A stretch of 64,000 nt of DNA from Dicyema japonicum. Lineage: Eukaryota > Animalia > Dicyemida. Numbering within the stretch: the stretch's first letter is position 1; every line of letters begins with the position of its first letter. This document shows positions 24,150-36,293 of the stretch, piece after piece. Location of the stretch: positions 406,158 through 470,157 of the forward strand of contig RDEW01000029.1 in assembly GCA_011109175.1 (NCBI GenBank). The letters are read 5' to 3'. The position numbers and the translations under genes are program-made. A model generated the notes under the pieces. That model did not search any database. It saw only the letters and a list, made by a program, of their open reading frames with translations, and was not told the origin of the DNA.

Positions 24150-24880
24150 AAAATTTGTTGTTTTAATAATAGGAGAGAGGACGGATGCATTTATATCCAG
24201 TATCGAAAGAAAACTTCTTTCGAAGAGATGCGAGTCCCGCGTAGGAGTCTGAATTATTACAGAATGTGGGAAGTGATAAATGAAAGAACAAAAGAAAAAT
24301 GGGAGCTGCTCGTCAACGTTTCGCCAAGTTTATATAGAGACAGAAATATAAACACTGTGAATTGGACACAATATTAGTAGCAATACAGAATTTATAGACT
24401 TATTGGTCCAAACCACTCTTGAAGACTGTTAGAGTGGTTCTGGACATCCCTCGTTACTTCGATAACGTGACTAACGTGACTGTTTTTAAAGCGATAATCA
24501 GAAGTGTTTGAATTTAATTGGAATATCGCTTAAGTGCAAGTTGAATAAAGTAGGAGACACAACGAATCCTTGGGGGACTCTTTTTGGAAAGATGAAGAAA
24601 AATAGAATAGTTGCAGCAACGCATAGCAACTCCTCGCGATCCGGGAAGTGAAATGGTTAACTCCTTCACAGACGCCGTGCAAGACTGAAGATTCTAAAGC
24701 CCGTTGGATCCTTTTTTGACATATTCTACGGATGGGTGAAGACACACCATGCAATTCCGCTATGGAACATTTTTTAGGCCATACTGAATCTTCTACATTC
24801 AGAGGACGTCCAAGAAGTGGTATTCTCAGGAGACTTGCGACAATGCCAAAGGCGTCAATCAGAAACAAATCATAGGCCAC
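24150..24880 (+). mobile_element. Decayed RTE 3' region
   Basis: RWILF*HILRM...AMEHF..FRGRPRS. Confidence 0.6.
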
Positions 24881-24899
24881 ATCACTAGTCCATTGGAAG

Positions 24900-25450
24900 A
24901 AATGTGATCACTTGCGAATGGATGAGAAAAGGGCCGCTGATCTTCTATAGTTGCCAGCAAATCGGGCACTTTGCATACCAGTGTAAGAAAGAAGGGTTTC
25001 CGATGTGCGAGAGAACATGATATCTCCAACTGCAAGATGGATCCGGGATTAAAAACTAATTGAGATAACTGCGGATCTTCCAAACACGGGGCCAGATATG
25101 GAGGATGCCCTGTGTTATTAAAACATTAAAAGCCAAACATAAACTTGATGTTCGCAACAACATAAAGGAATCAGGACAGAATAATAAGACCAACACTGAA
25201 ATCAACAAAGAAACTCCGCTGAGAATAATCAATGAAACCGATAGAGAGAATAATAATCGCCCCCGAATTATTAACAATGAACCGGTTTGATAGGCACGAG
25301 AATTGGCCTGGAAAGCTCGAATTGATATGCCTGAAAAGATCTCAAAAGAACTAGAAGATATAATCTCAAGGCTAAAAAAACTTAGCAAAATCCTTGGTGT
25401 GGATTTAAGAAAGATGGTGGATCCCCAAGCGAGAAATAATTTTAAAAATC
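24900..25450 (+). mobile_element. LINE ORF1 (gag-like CCHC zinc knuckles) remnant
   Basis: YSCQQIGHFAYQC..RCAREHDISNC..NCGSSKHGARYGGCP. Confidence 0.65.
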
Positions 25451-25577
25451 ATGATTACTTGTACGCAAATGATCTTCAAATAAAATATATAACAAAAGAA
25501 TTTGAATACATTTATATTTTTGCAAGTTCTGGTCCCATTTGCAACAAATTGGCTATCTGAATCTGGATTTTCATCTT

Positions 25578-25936
25578 TAATAATAATAAAGCCTTTTCAC
25601 GAGAGCCATAATATTGCATAGGCAGCTAAGAACAGTTAATTTTAACTAATCGTAGAACCAAGGAATGATCTTCACACTTTATTTAAGTAAAGAACAGTTA
25701 ATTTTAACTAATCGTACAACCAAGGAATGATCTTCATTTCTTTTTTCTTTTTCTTATGTGAGTGTCCTTTCTAGACATAACAGTTCCGCAGTGAATATCC
25801 ACTGATGACGGCGTCACTCGTCAAACCCTTTCTGCATCGTAGATGCGTGGAACCTTCCACCAGGTGAACAGCAGCGAGATTTGAACCCGTAGCCTAAGCC
25901 ACTTAAGCCCGACACCTAACCACTATGCCACCCGGC
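25578..25936 (-). mobile_element. tRNA-derived SINE, full-length, with an internal ~55-bp duplication
   Basis: A box TGGCATAGTGG, B box GGTTCAAATCT, a hairpin-rich body, an RTE-like 3' tail and a (TAT)n end. Homologous copies at 52826, 55995 and 60014. Confidence 0.85.
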
Positions 25937-26529
25937 TTACTATATAAAAAATAAGTACTGAAAACGATCTCTGAATTGCACTAGAAAACAAAAAGCCATA
26001 TTTCGAAGAATTAATTAAAACTAAAAGGTAGGAAAAGTCTCAGGAACTTAACTAATTTTTTTGCTACCTGCGTTACCTATCGCATGAGATTACATGGATG
26101 ACATAAAGGAAAGGAGAAAGAGAGCTTTTCAGTCGCTCCTATGTGAACGGAAGCTACACGTTAGCCGTGACACCTACCTGTCCATTTTCAAGGGAGTTGT
26201 TCTTCCTAGCCTACTTTATGGGTGCGAGGGGTGGTTTTTTTTCCGAAAAGGGAGAAAATCTTATCCCTCCTAGAGAAGACTAGGAAAGCTCTCCTTAAAC
26301 AAGAAACTGAAAGACTGTCTAAGCGTTTTTCAGTCTTTTTCAACTTTTTTCTCCTAAGAATCATAATGATATAGTGTGGAGTTTTTTTATTTAAAAATAA
26401 TAAATTTTTTAATGACTAGAAATAAAAAAATAGTAATAAATTTAGTTCCAAATCGAGGTTTTCATTCAAAAGGAATAAAAATAGTAATAAATTCAGTTCC
26501 AAATCGAGGTTTTTTTAGAAAGGGTTGGA

Positions 26530-26735
26530 CGAGTGACGCCGTCATCAGTGGATACTCACTGCGGAACTGGATTGTCTAGAAAGGACACTCATACAAGAAA
26601 AAGAAAAAAGAAGTGAAGATCATTCCTTGGTTCTACGATTAGTTAAAATTAACTGTTCTTTACTTAAATAAAGTGTGTGTCCTGCCTATGCGGAGCTATA
26701 AATACTATGGCTCTCGTGAAAAGGCTTTAAAAAAA
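26530..26735 (+). mobile_element. Same SINE family, 5'-truncated
   Basis: gacgagtgacgccgtcatcagtggatactc...ggctctcgtgaaaaggc. Confidence 0.8.
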
Positions 26736-26960
26736 TCGAGGTTTTCATTCAAAAGGAATAAAAAATAGTAATAAATTCAGTTCCAAACAGAGATCCTACA
26801 AAGTGTTCCAAAAACTGAGATGATCCAGCCCCGAGGTCCGTTCTAAAACGAAGTCTGACTGTAGTAATAAAAATGATAAACCTGTTAGTTTGAAATGTTT
26901 ATTAGACAAAAGACTCAATAAAAAGCTGTTGTTAGAAAATTCGTGAGTTGATATAAAATT

Positions 26961-28712
26961 AAAAGATGTGGAATGTCTAAAAGACAATTCAAGGATGTAT
27001 GCGGCTTTGCGGCTGCTGCGGACAAAGAAAGGACAAAACATCCTTCACATCAAAGACAAAGATGGAAAATTCGTGGGTAACCCGAAAGAAAAAGCAGAAT
27101 TGATTGCACAACACTTCGAAACACTGTTGAATAAAGAAAATAATGACTTTCCCCCTTTCCAAGGAAAAGCAAAGGCGCTAAAAATCCCAATCACAGTGGA
27201 AGAGGTGGAATTAGCGATAAATAAACTGAAGAACAACAAGAGTGCTGGGCCGGACAACATAAGCCCTGAGCTCCTAAAATATGGGCCAAAAAAACTTAGC
27301 GACACAATTGCAAAAACCTTAAATGCCGTCTTTGAAACTAATACCGATCTAGGACTTGGAAATGGATTATTAATACCCATACAAAAACCGAACAAATCAA
27401 AAGGACCAGTAGAAAATCTCCGCCCGATAATACTTCTGAATTCGATACGCAAGGTGCTGGCAAACATTGCACTAAGCCGGATAAAGGGTATGGCGAATCT
27501 ATACCTACCAGCAAGTCAAAGTGGGTTCCGAGAAGGGAGGTCTACGGCAGACATTGTATGGAGCCACAGATGGCGCTGCGCAACGCACCAAAGATTCAAG
27601 AGCGCAACAACCGTGTTGGGAATAGATCTCTCCAGAGCTTTCGACTCAATAAACAGACAGAAACTGATGAATGTGCTTGAGCAAATATTGGATGAATCGT
27701 CGGTTAGGATAATCAGACTACTACTTGCGAACACAAGACTATCTGTGAGGACAGAAGGAGCAACTTCCCGCAGTTTCAAAACAACGATTGGGACACCCCA
27801 GGGTGATTCCCTCCCTATTTACTATTCACCATATACCTGAATCTGCACTCCGCGACCTCCGTAAATGCTATATAGGAGACATAGAAGAGATATCTTATGC
27901 GGATGATGTGGATTTTGTATCACGGGATGTGACCGCACTCCAACACCTGCTAGAAAATGCACCTGCGGAGCTTGAGAAATGGTTTCTCAGCGTAAATGTT
28001 AACAAAACTGAAATTACGGAAATCAAAAGAGAAGACGATATTACTCAAGAAAGATGGAGACGTACTAATAAGCTCGGCTCTCTACTAGGAGACGCTGAAG
28101 ATGTACTGAGAAGGAAAACACTGGCAAATGCGGCAATGGCTAAACTGAAGAAAGGATGGCTAAGGGCCAAAGGACTTGGAATTGACATCAGATGCAGGCT
28201 TTACAACGCGTTTGCGAAACCGATCCTACTGTATAACGCTGGGACATGGGGAAGTTCCCTCAACGAACTATTGAAACTGGATTCGTTCCATAGAAGGCAA
28301 CTAAGAAGCTTACTCGGAATGGAGTGGCCACGTAGAATATCAACCACTGGTATCTACAACAAGTGTATGTGTTCCTACATCAGCAAGGATGTGATAGATG
28401 CCCGGTGGAGGCTATTTGGGCATGTACTAAGAATGAACCCGGACGCACCCGCTAACAAAGCGATGGAAGATTACTTTGACAGATGCGAAAAACCCTTCCG
28501 CGGACGACCTAGATCGACACTTCCGACAGCCCTAAACAAAGACTTAAATCGTGTGAGAAAAAATTTAAAGACGGGAGACGACCTGGACGAATTGAGATCA
28601 CTCGCATTCGACAGAGGAAGATGGAAAAGACTAACTATAAATATTGTTTCTTTGAGTGTTGCACATGCGGGGCTATAATCATTATGGCTTTCGTGAAAGT
28701 GCTTTAATAATA
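26961..28712 (+). mobile_element. 5'-truncated RTE LINE, nearly intact RT (one frameshift near 27810), 10-bp TSD
   Basis: ORFs 26968-27840 and 27788-28678 contain KSAGPD, NLRPIILLN, QSGFR, DLSRAFDS, GTPQGD and YADD. TSD ATATAAAATT at 26951-26960 and 28713-28722. (TAA)n tail. Confidence 0.92.
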
Positions 28713-28999
28713 ATATAAAATTCACCACCATATTTTCTAATATCAGTCTTAACCTTTTCAATGACTTGATTTGAATGCGGAAAAACAGTTGATGACACAT
28801 TAATATTTTATTCAAAACCTCTAAAAATTAATAAATAAAAAAAACGATAAAAATTTTGACTTTATTGACTTTATAACTTTTGATTTATATAATATTTTTG
28901 TTTAAAAATCACATTTTTATAAGTTTTAAACAAATTTAAAGAACAAATTAATTTTTGACTTAATTGACATAAATTGCCCTATTCATAAACCATATTCAA

Positions 29000-29790
29000 A
29001 AGACCTGGATGTTCATTCATGCCATGGTCGAAGGAATAATTGTCCAAACATGACTTTCTTCGATCCTTCAATGGTGAACTCAGTAGTCAGGAAAATGAAT
29101 AACTCGTCGTCCCGCGGTTTAGATGACATCTCCATTCTAGAACTGAATAACCTGGATCCTTCCGCGACGGCCGCAATAACACAAAATTTCAACCTCTCAA
29201 TAAACGAGAACAAAATTTCGTCAATATGGAATAAATCTCTGATACACCCTATCCTGAAGAAAAACTAACTACCAAACTACCCGTCTTCTTTCCGCCTGGT
29301 ATCCATCATCTGCGCCTTATCACGAGTGTTAAAAAACTGGTCCTCCTCAAGATCTGTCCTCTCATAACTCTACCATCTTATCTACACAAATACGCGATGG
29401 AAACTCATCAACAACTCATCTAACAAAACTTGTTCAGTTCATTTCGGACGGCCTGAATACCCCAATTCCACACGAGAGAACCGTGCTGGTCTCAGTGGAT
29501 GTAGAGAAGGCTTTTGACTCAATATCCCGGAAGATCCTTACAGCCAAAATTTTTACGACGTCGATCCACCCTAAATTCAAGTCATGGTTGGCTAACTTCA
29601 TCAACGGCCGAGTGGTTGCAGACAACCAGAAATCAAACGCGATACCTTCCAAATAGAATGAATCCCCGTTTCCCATTAAGAAAACCCTTTCAAGCCTTTC
29701 CTCACATTCACTCATCAAGTGGACTAGTAACCGCCAGGATCCAAAAGAAAATTGGAATTCTCAAGGCTTTCACTCACTTTCCAATATCTT
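29000..29790 (+). mobile_element. I/Ingi-like RT fragment
   Basis: SSRGLDDIS..IWNKSLIHPILKK; RTVLVSVDVEKAFDS. Confidence 0.75.
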
Positions 29791-29989
29791 AGACATGATG
29801 TGTCTTGTAACCAGCAAATTATTTAAAGTCAATAATTTAGCCGATTCAAGTCAAATCGATACTTTAATAATCCAAATCAAGTGCATTCATTGACTGAATT
29901 AATTAAAACGTGATTTTACACTTATATATATAGGAATATTTCATTTCATTTCGATAAATGCATAGATCTCAGAGCGGCGACTAGGTGTT

Positions 29990-30540
29990 TTTATCGACGA
30001 AGTCCAAGGTTGGTGCGATCGGAGAGGCATGAAACTCTCGACGGAAAAATCCAGTTATTTGAGGATAAGCAGGCCGGGTAGACATCAGGAGGAGCCCTGC
30101 ACTCTCTGTATACCAAGAGTTTCGTCATTGAAATACCTGGGGATTTCAGTCGATGGAAGAGGATCATACATGAAAGACATCGAAAGGCGAAGGAAAAAGG
30201 CTTTGCAGGCACTGTACTGCACTAAAAGACCGAAGCTAGACGTTGATTCCATGCTCTTCATCTTCCGGAATGTGATTCTTCCAGACTGATCTACGGAAGC
30301 GAGGGATGATTCACCCCCTCGAGAGAAAGGATTCTTGCCCGACTGGAGAAAACACGGCGGGCGGCGATAAAACTAGCCCTCGGTAAGAAATTACATGAAG
30401 CCCTGACGGAGGAAGAGAACAAACTTGTCAGGGCCGATCAAGGAGGACATCCGAATCAGGACGTCAAAGTAAATAGACATAAAAAGGATTGTCAGAAAAA
30501 GGGTACCAGGATGAAGAGTCTAGGCCTAACAGGCAGATCT
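29990..30540 (+). mobile_element. Non-LTR RT C-terminal fragment
   Basis: LSTEKSSYL..SSLKYLGISVD. Confidence 0.55.
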
Positions 30541-30649
30541 TCCCAATGAATATTCTTATATATTATGTAACACGCCGCCTTCTAAATAAAATATTTTATG
30601 AAATAAAATCAATAATTTAATTAATTAACACTGCCAACCATCTAAAGTG

Positions 30650-32045
30650 GACCCCGCCGACATTATCGACGTTGCGTTGCCTCTCAAGATTGTAACAGAG
30701 ATCAACTGAGAAGTCACCGGGTCTCACGTGCGTCGTGGCTTTTAGTGCAGCTAGGCGTCCAAGTTTCTTTAGGAAGCGAAGAGGGTATCCCGCAGACTCC
30801 AGGGCTCGCTTGACAATTCCGTTGATCGCCTTGTGTCTTAGGAATCGTCCTGCACTTCTTCAACAGGAGAGGGCATGGCGTCTATAACAATCGACGGTGG
30901 CGCCACACCAGCATTTGTGAGTACGTCAAATCTCCAGTCCAAGTCTGGTGGAGATGCAGACAATATAGTCGTCAAGAGTGCATTGATCCAACCGCCACTC
31001 CACTCGCATCTTCCAGTGACTGTTGGTTTGATTGGTTCAGAAGCCTCTCATATTTATCTTCGCAGATGGTCTTGTAACGGTCTTTCTGCTCAGGCATCAT
31101 CCCTTTCAAATGCTCCATATCTATGATTTCAACTGATTCTGTTTAGAGTTGGAGAATCATCCTAATCAGCAGTCGGCTGGAGCCCAAAAAAGACAGATAC
31201 GCTGGCAAGCCAGATCTTTCGGTGAAGGGATTCCCAGTCGAATTGTTTCTGGTAGTGTCCCTGATAGCATCCTGTTCATTAGTTTGGTTGCCCGTGCTAT
31301 GAGCAATGAGGTCTTTGAGGTTCCCCGGACGGAGCCCATCTAGTCCTCCACTGCTGCTCGGGACGAAAAATAGAATCCCATCTTTAACGTTTTCTTCAGA
31401 TACAAGTAGGTTGGGTAATTATCCTGGGCAAGGCGGAATCTCATGGTCGTTGGGGGAACTTGGATGTCGCTCAACAAGTGATGCGTAGGACCGTTCAGAC
31501 GGCACAATTATACTGTGTTGATCTGCAAGGATCCTCACGGCAGCACGGATTCCTTTTAGGAGTCTGCCAATAGGTTCCTTGAGGAGAATGTGTGGACATT
31601 CTCCTTTACTAATGACGTAAGTGATTTCTCTTCTTTCCCCTTCCTATGGGGTATGCATGGTGTGAATAGAGCGAGACAAAATAATCGTACCTAATCCTCA
31701 GAGTCGTCCGAAGAGACTGCACTTTCAATACACTCACATATGCAGTCCGCGACGGATATACGAGCAGCTTTGGGGATCCTGATCAAGAGTCTTCGTGTGT
31801 GTGTCAGGTTTGAGATCAATTCAAGTATTTCCTGATTGTCTAGTGGAACATGTTCAGAAGGGTATCGTAAGGCCGTATGTCGTTATCTGGTAGGAGACAT
31901 GACCGACAGTGCCAATTGGAAATGACAGCCAGGGCTCTTTTAGTCATTCCGACATAGGTCATGTGGAAGCCACATGAACAGGCCGTGCAAGGCTATCCAG
32001 TGAATCTTGTAAATGGGTACCCGCTGTGTGGATACACTGGTCTCT
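30650..32045 (-). mobile_element. Decayed CRE-like non-LTR element (PHD-like finger, pre-RT region, RT start)
   Basis: CSCGFHMTYVGM..WHCRSC; LIRIPKAAR; VSEENVKDGI..SSGGLDGLRPGNLKDLI. Confidence 0.6.
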
Positions 32046-32049
32046 TGTT

Positions 32050-32900
32050 TCCAGGATTAAGTCGTCAGCATAAGCAAGGAATAGGGTATCGTTGCAGTGT
32101 GGGAAGACAAGTCGCTCATAAGTAGGTTGAAGAGAATAGGTGAGAGAGGGATCCTTGCGGGAAATTTAGTGACTGAAAAGATGGAATGGGAAATTCCTCT
32201 TTGTCCGTTGAGGAAGTTTACGAGCCAAATTTTCATGTTGTTCAGAATGTTAGAGCCATAGATCTTCCTAGTGAGCAGTTTTCTTGGAATCGAGTCAAAA
32301 GCCTTCTGAATATCAATGGAACACATAGTGGTCTTTTGATGCCGAGGTTTGCGTTGAAGGTCTTTGTCAAGCAAGTAAGGTGGGTAGTTATAGAACGAGC
32401 CTTCTTAAAGACATGTTGGAATGATACGTCTGGGAGGTAAGGTTTAATCTGATCGAGAATGAGTTTTTCCAGGATTTTGGAGGTGACACACAGGAGGGAT
32501 ATTGATCTGTACGAAGCTGGTGAGTCATCAGGCCGTCAAAGTTTTAAGATGGGCCGAATATGGGATAATTTCCATAGAGTAGGAATCGAGTTTCTACTGA
32601 TGGAGAGGCTGTAAATTCTGGTCAAAGCCAGGATGGTGTAGGGGCCTATCTTCTTAAGTACAATAGAGGGAATTCCATCTGGGCCACTTGCGTAAGACGA
32701 TTTCTGGTTTTGAATAGCCGCACGACGTCCGTCGTAAGGCTGTTCGAGGTTGCCTCGCGTTTTTGTTTTATTGAAGATGTAGGAGAACCTTCAATTTTCT
32801 GGTGTGGGATTAAGATCACGGAGGAGTAAACTTTTATAATCTTGTTTAAAAAGTTCTTGTTCTCTAGGTCTTCGCAAGAAGGCGGTCTTAAAGAGTTATC
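32050..32900 (-). mobile_element. I/Ingi-like RT fragment
   Basis: SIDIQKAFDSIPRKLL..WLVNFLNG..LSPILFNL. Confidence 0.75.
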
Positions 32901-32974
32901 CGAGGAATCATAGTTTGGTAGAGGAGACTAACTTACATTAGTAAATTCAAAACACAAACACTGATAAAATAATC

Positions 32975-34051
32975 TTAGATTAATCCAGCGGACTCCAAGT
33001 TGAATTGGATTATAATATAAATCACATTCTGGAAGACTTTTTTGACGTTATCAGTGTCCACGGCACATATATAATGAACATACACTTTTCTTTTGCTTTG
33101 TTGGTTAATTTTTCCACAAAACATATTTTTGATAAATTCCTGCACATCTGACTTGTTGGTAGGATCCCCTAACATTAAAAAATATACAAACCACTAAATT
33201 CAGGGAAGGTGTCCTTAATTGAGTGTTGGCTGAACATATTCGAGAAAAGGTCGTATTTGTTAAAAAACAAGATCACTGACTTATCTTCAAAGTTGTCGTC
33301 GTTTACAACGGAATCGAATAACATGATACTCTCCCGCATTCGATTCTGTTACTGAGACCAGAAGACAAACCGTTTTGAAATCCTCCTGCAACAAGAGGTT
33401 ATAGTCGGACATGGAGGACACAAATACAATTGCAGTCACCTCACTGAAACAATAAATCCACTTTTTTCTTTCTGATCTTTGTCCCCCCACGTCGAGGACT
33501 CTAAAATGGAATTAGAGAGAAACTTGAAAGTGGTGTCGTTGAACATAAACTCAATAGAAGTCACTCCCGTCGTCTTCACTCGTGCCCTCAACACATGATC
33601 TATTGACGGAACGTATTCAGGATCATTGATTTCGTCCAAACTGTTAAAGAAACTAAAATAGTATCCATTGCCAAAGTGAGAAAATTACAGGCAACTTCCT
33701 GAAAGAAATGCGTATTTACATTACAGAATTGTCTTCATTGATAAAGTCTATTTTGAGATCAGCCATAGCTCTGAGAATGGCCACCATACTTTGCATAACA
33801 TTAGAGTGGATAATCTTCTTGAAGGCGCGACGTTCAGATTCACTGTAGTTCCCGATATGGATTTGTCGAATTTGCTTGAGAAGTGTACTCTTCCCAGACT
33901 CACCCGGACCTACATGGAGACATTAAGAAAACCAAGTAGAATTATGTTGAAGCACTTCCTTACCTCCTTGGTGATGTTCTTCATTTTCTTTTCGGCGGCA
34001 AGTCTTCTTTTTTTTGGCCAATTGAAAGTCAGAACCATGAACACATCCCAT
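32975..34051 (-). CDS. Heterotrimeric G-protein alpha subunit, Gi/o-like
   Basis: MGC start, [50 protein letters not shown] and C-terminus NLESAGLI. Micro-introns such as 33910-33932 (23 nt). Confidence 0.95.
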
Positions 34052-34799
34052 CACCTATTTAGAAAATCTGCTGAATAATTCAGACTTAATTTATGTAAAT
34101 TATGAAATCCCCTATTTTTTATTTATGATAAACTAATCATTTTTAAATAATTAAAATTTAATTATTTTATTATTTTTATACCATTTCGTGTTTTTAAATT
34201 TACCACCAATTACTTGTGGGCCCATCACTCTCAGAAGGACGTTTGATGTCACTCGGCTTCCTGCATGTTAGTGTGGTCTTGCAACTAACTCGCTAACTAC
34301 CATTCATTGTAACATTCAAATATAGAAACCTCCTTTGTGGTCAAAAAGTCCGTTCAATTCTTTGATCTTCATTTTATTGTTATTAACACGTTTGAGAAAA
34401 CAATAATTAATTAGAGTTTTCTCTTGTGTCACATTCATTCTTTATTCGCCTTGATAATCGCATCCAGTGTATTCTATTCATTTCCTCGGCTCTTAGTAAA
34501 TCTAGATCGTCTTCAGACTCAGTTTTCATAAATCTTTAATCAGACCTATGGGTAAGGTAGTTGTCCATCGTCAAGGAAGTCACCGATTCATGGAAAACGT
34601 GGTACTTATCTATAACGTCGGAAACTTTTTTGGTGCTGGTGCATTATAGTACCCCAAAGCAGGTATAGTAATCAATAATAGTAAATATTTTTATCTCAAT
34701 AAATTTTTTTGACCGCTAGAAACAATTTCCCTACTTATCACTAGACTGACGTTGCTAGGGACGAATATAGAGACCTTGAAAATTGGTCCTTCCTTTTTT

Positions 34800-36293
34800 A
34801 CATCCGAATAGATAATTAGATACGAATTGAATGCCCAAGTTTACGAGATTTTTCGTAATCCCAGGTCGAAAGTTTTACCAGTCAATGGCCAACCTTAAAG
34901 CTAATCGCACGTAAAATTGCATATAGAAATTCAAATCAAGATTTCACTGCTTCCAATGGATGGTTTTACAGATTTAAGAAGCAATTCGAAATAAAATTCA
35001 GAATATTAGATGGATAATCACAATCAGCAGATAAAGGAGGTACGAGAAACTTCCGATCAACTTTCAATGATTTGCTTGAGAAATGTGGTGAAGAAAACAT
35101 TTTTAATTGTGATGAAACTGCATTATTTAATAAAGCTGTTTCCAAAAAAGATTTGTTGAAAGAAATGAGTCACACAGCAGACATAAAATAAGAAAAGAAC
35201 GTATGACACTTCTTTTGTGTTGCAGTTACACAGGAAAAAATATAAACCGCTTATAATTGGGCGTGCGAAGTTACCAAGAATATTAAAAGGTGTGAATCTG
35301 AAAGATATCGGCATTGAATATTATGCTTTCAAAGTCTGGATGACAAAAAATATTTTTGAAAATTAGTTATCTCGATTTAACAAGAAAATGAGGGAGAAAA
35401 GAAGAAAAATAGCATTATTAATTGATAATGCAACTTGTCATGCTGTTTCTACCCAATATTCAAACGTCGACGTAATATTTTTTTCAAAAACACAACTACC
35501 TTATTTCAGCCATGTGACCAAGGATGCATTTAAGAATCATTTCAATAATTGGATAATGAAAACGATTATCTATGATAAAAATCCTGTAGCTCAAATAGAT
35601 GCTATTTCATGTTCGAATTTGGCATGAGGCGAGATTACAGAAACTTCAACACGACATTGCTTTGAAATGGCTTTGGAATATGAATATCTGGAAAAAGAGG
35701 ACACCGAATAAAGTCTGATTGATTCTGATATTTTGGAGAGCTTCTGGATGATAATAGTAGTGATGAAAAGGACTGCAGTGAACAATTTCTGGATCATTTG
35801 GATGATCAACAAGTTATAGACAATGCGGAATGCGCATTTACAATGCTGCTAATGTTATTAAACAATAGACTCAGGAAAATGCCCTTGATCTATACAGATT
35901 TAATTTTAATTTAATCAATTCCAAAGACCACTGTTAAACCAAAAAGACTAAACTAAGTGATCCCGACGAATTGGATCAAGGCTCTCATCTTTTCTCGGTG
36001 TTGATCCCTTGAGCCTACACAAGTACGTTGCGAAGCATTTTTTGGCATTGGTGTCCATTTTTGTTTTTTCGATTAGTTTCTCCATGGGCGTCAATAGATT
36101 CAAAGATTATGAGTCCATGCGAAAAAATAACAGTCGATTAAAATTAACAGATTTTTTTATTAAAAAATAAAAATTGTAATTATCCGTCTTGGTTATATTA
36201 TTAAAATAGGAAATCGAACAGTTATATTAAAAATTAGGAAAACCCTCTTTTTTGGGGAAGAAATAAAGATTTCCCCAATTCGGGGTCGCACTG
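34800..36293 (+). mobile_element. Tigger/pogo (Tc1-mariner superfamily, CENP-B-like) transposase pseudogene with right TIR
   Basis: ASNGWFYRFK..IFNCDETAL..LLIDNATCH. TIR ccccaattcggggtcgcactg is followed by TA at 36294-36295. Confidence 0.85.

Noticed and set aside
25802-25826. Hammerhead-like CTGATGA..GTCAAAC antisense to the SINE body
   Set aside because: The required GAAA core reads CAAA and stem II does not close correctly. It is also on the non-transcribed strand of the SINE.
25870-25936. tRNA gene (also 52826, 55995, 60014)
   Set aside because: A and B boxes are present, but there is no proper acceptor stem and the sequence continues into a repeated body with a LINE-like tail. It is a SINE head.
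26968-28678. Retron, group II intron or DGR-type reverse transcriptase system
   Set aside because: RT motifs, APE association, TSDs and tails all indicate eukaryotic non-LTR retrotransposons.
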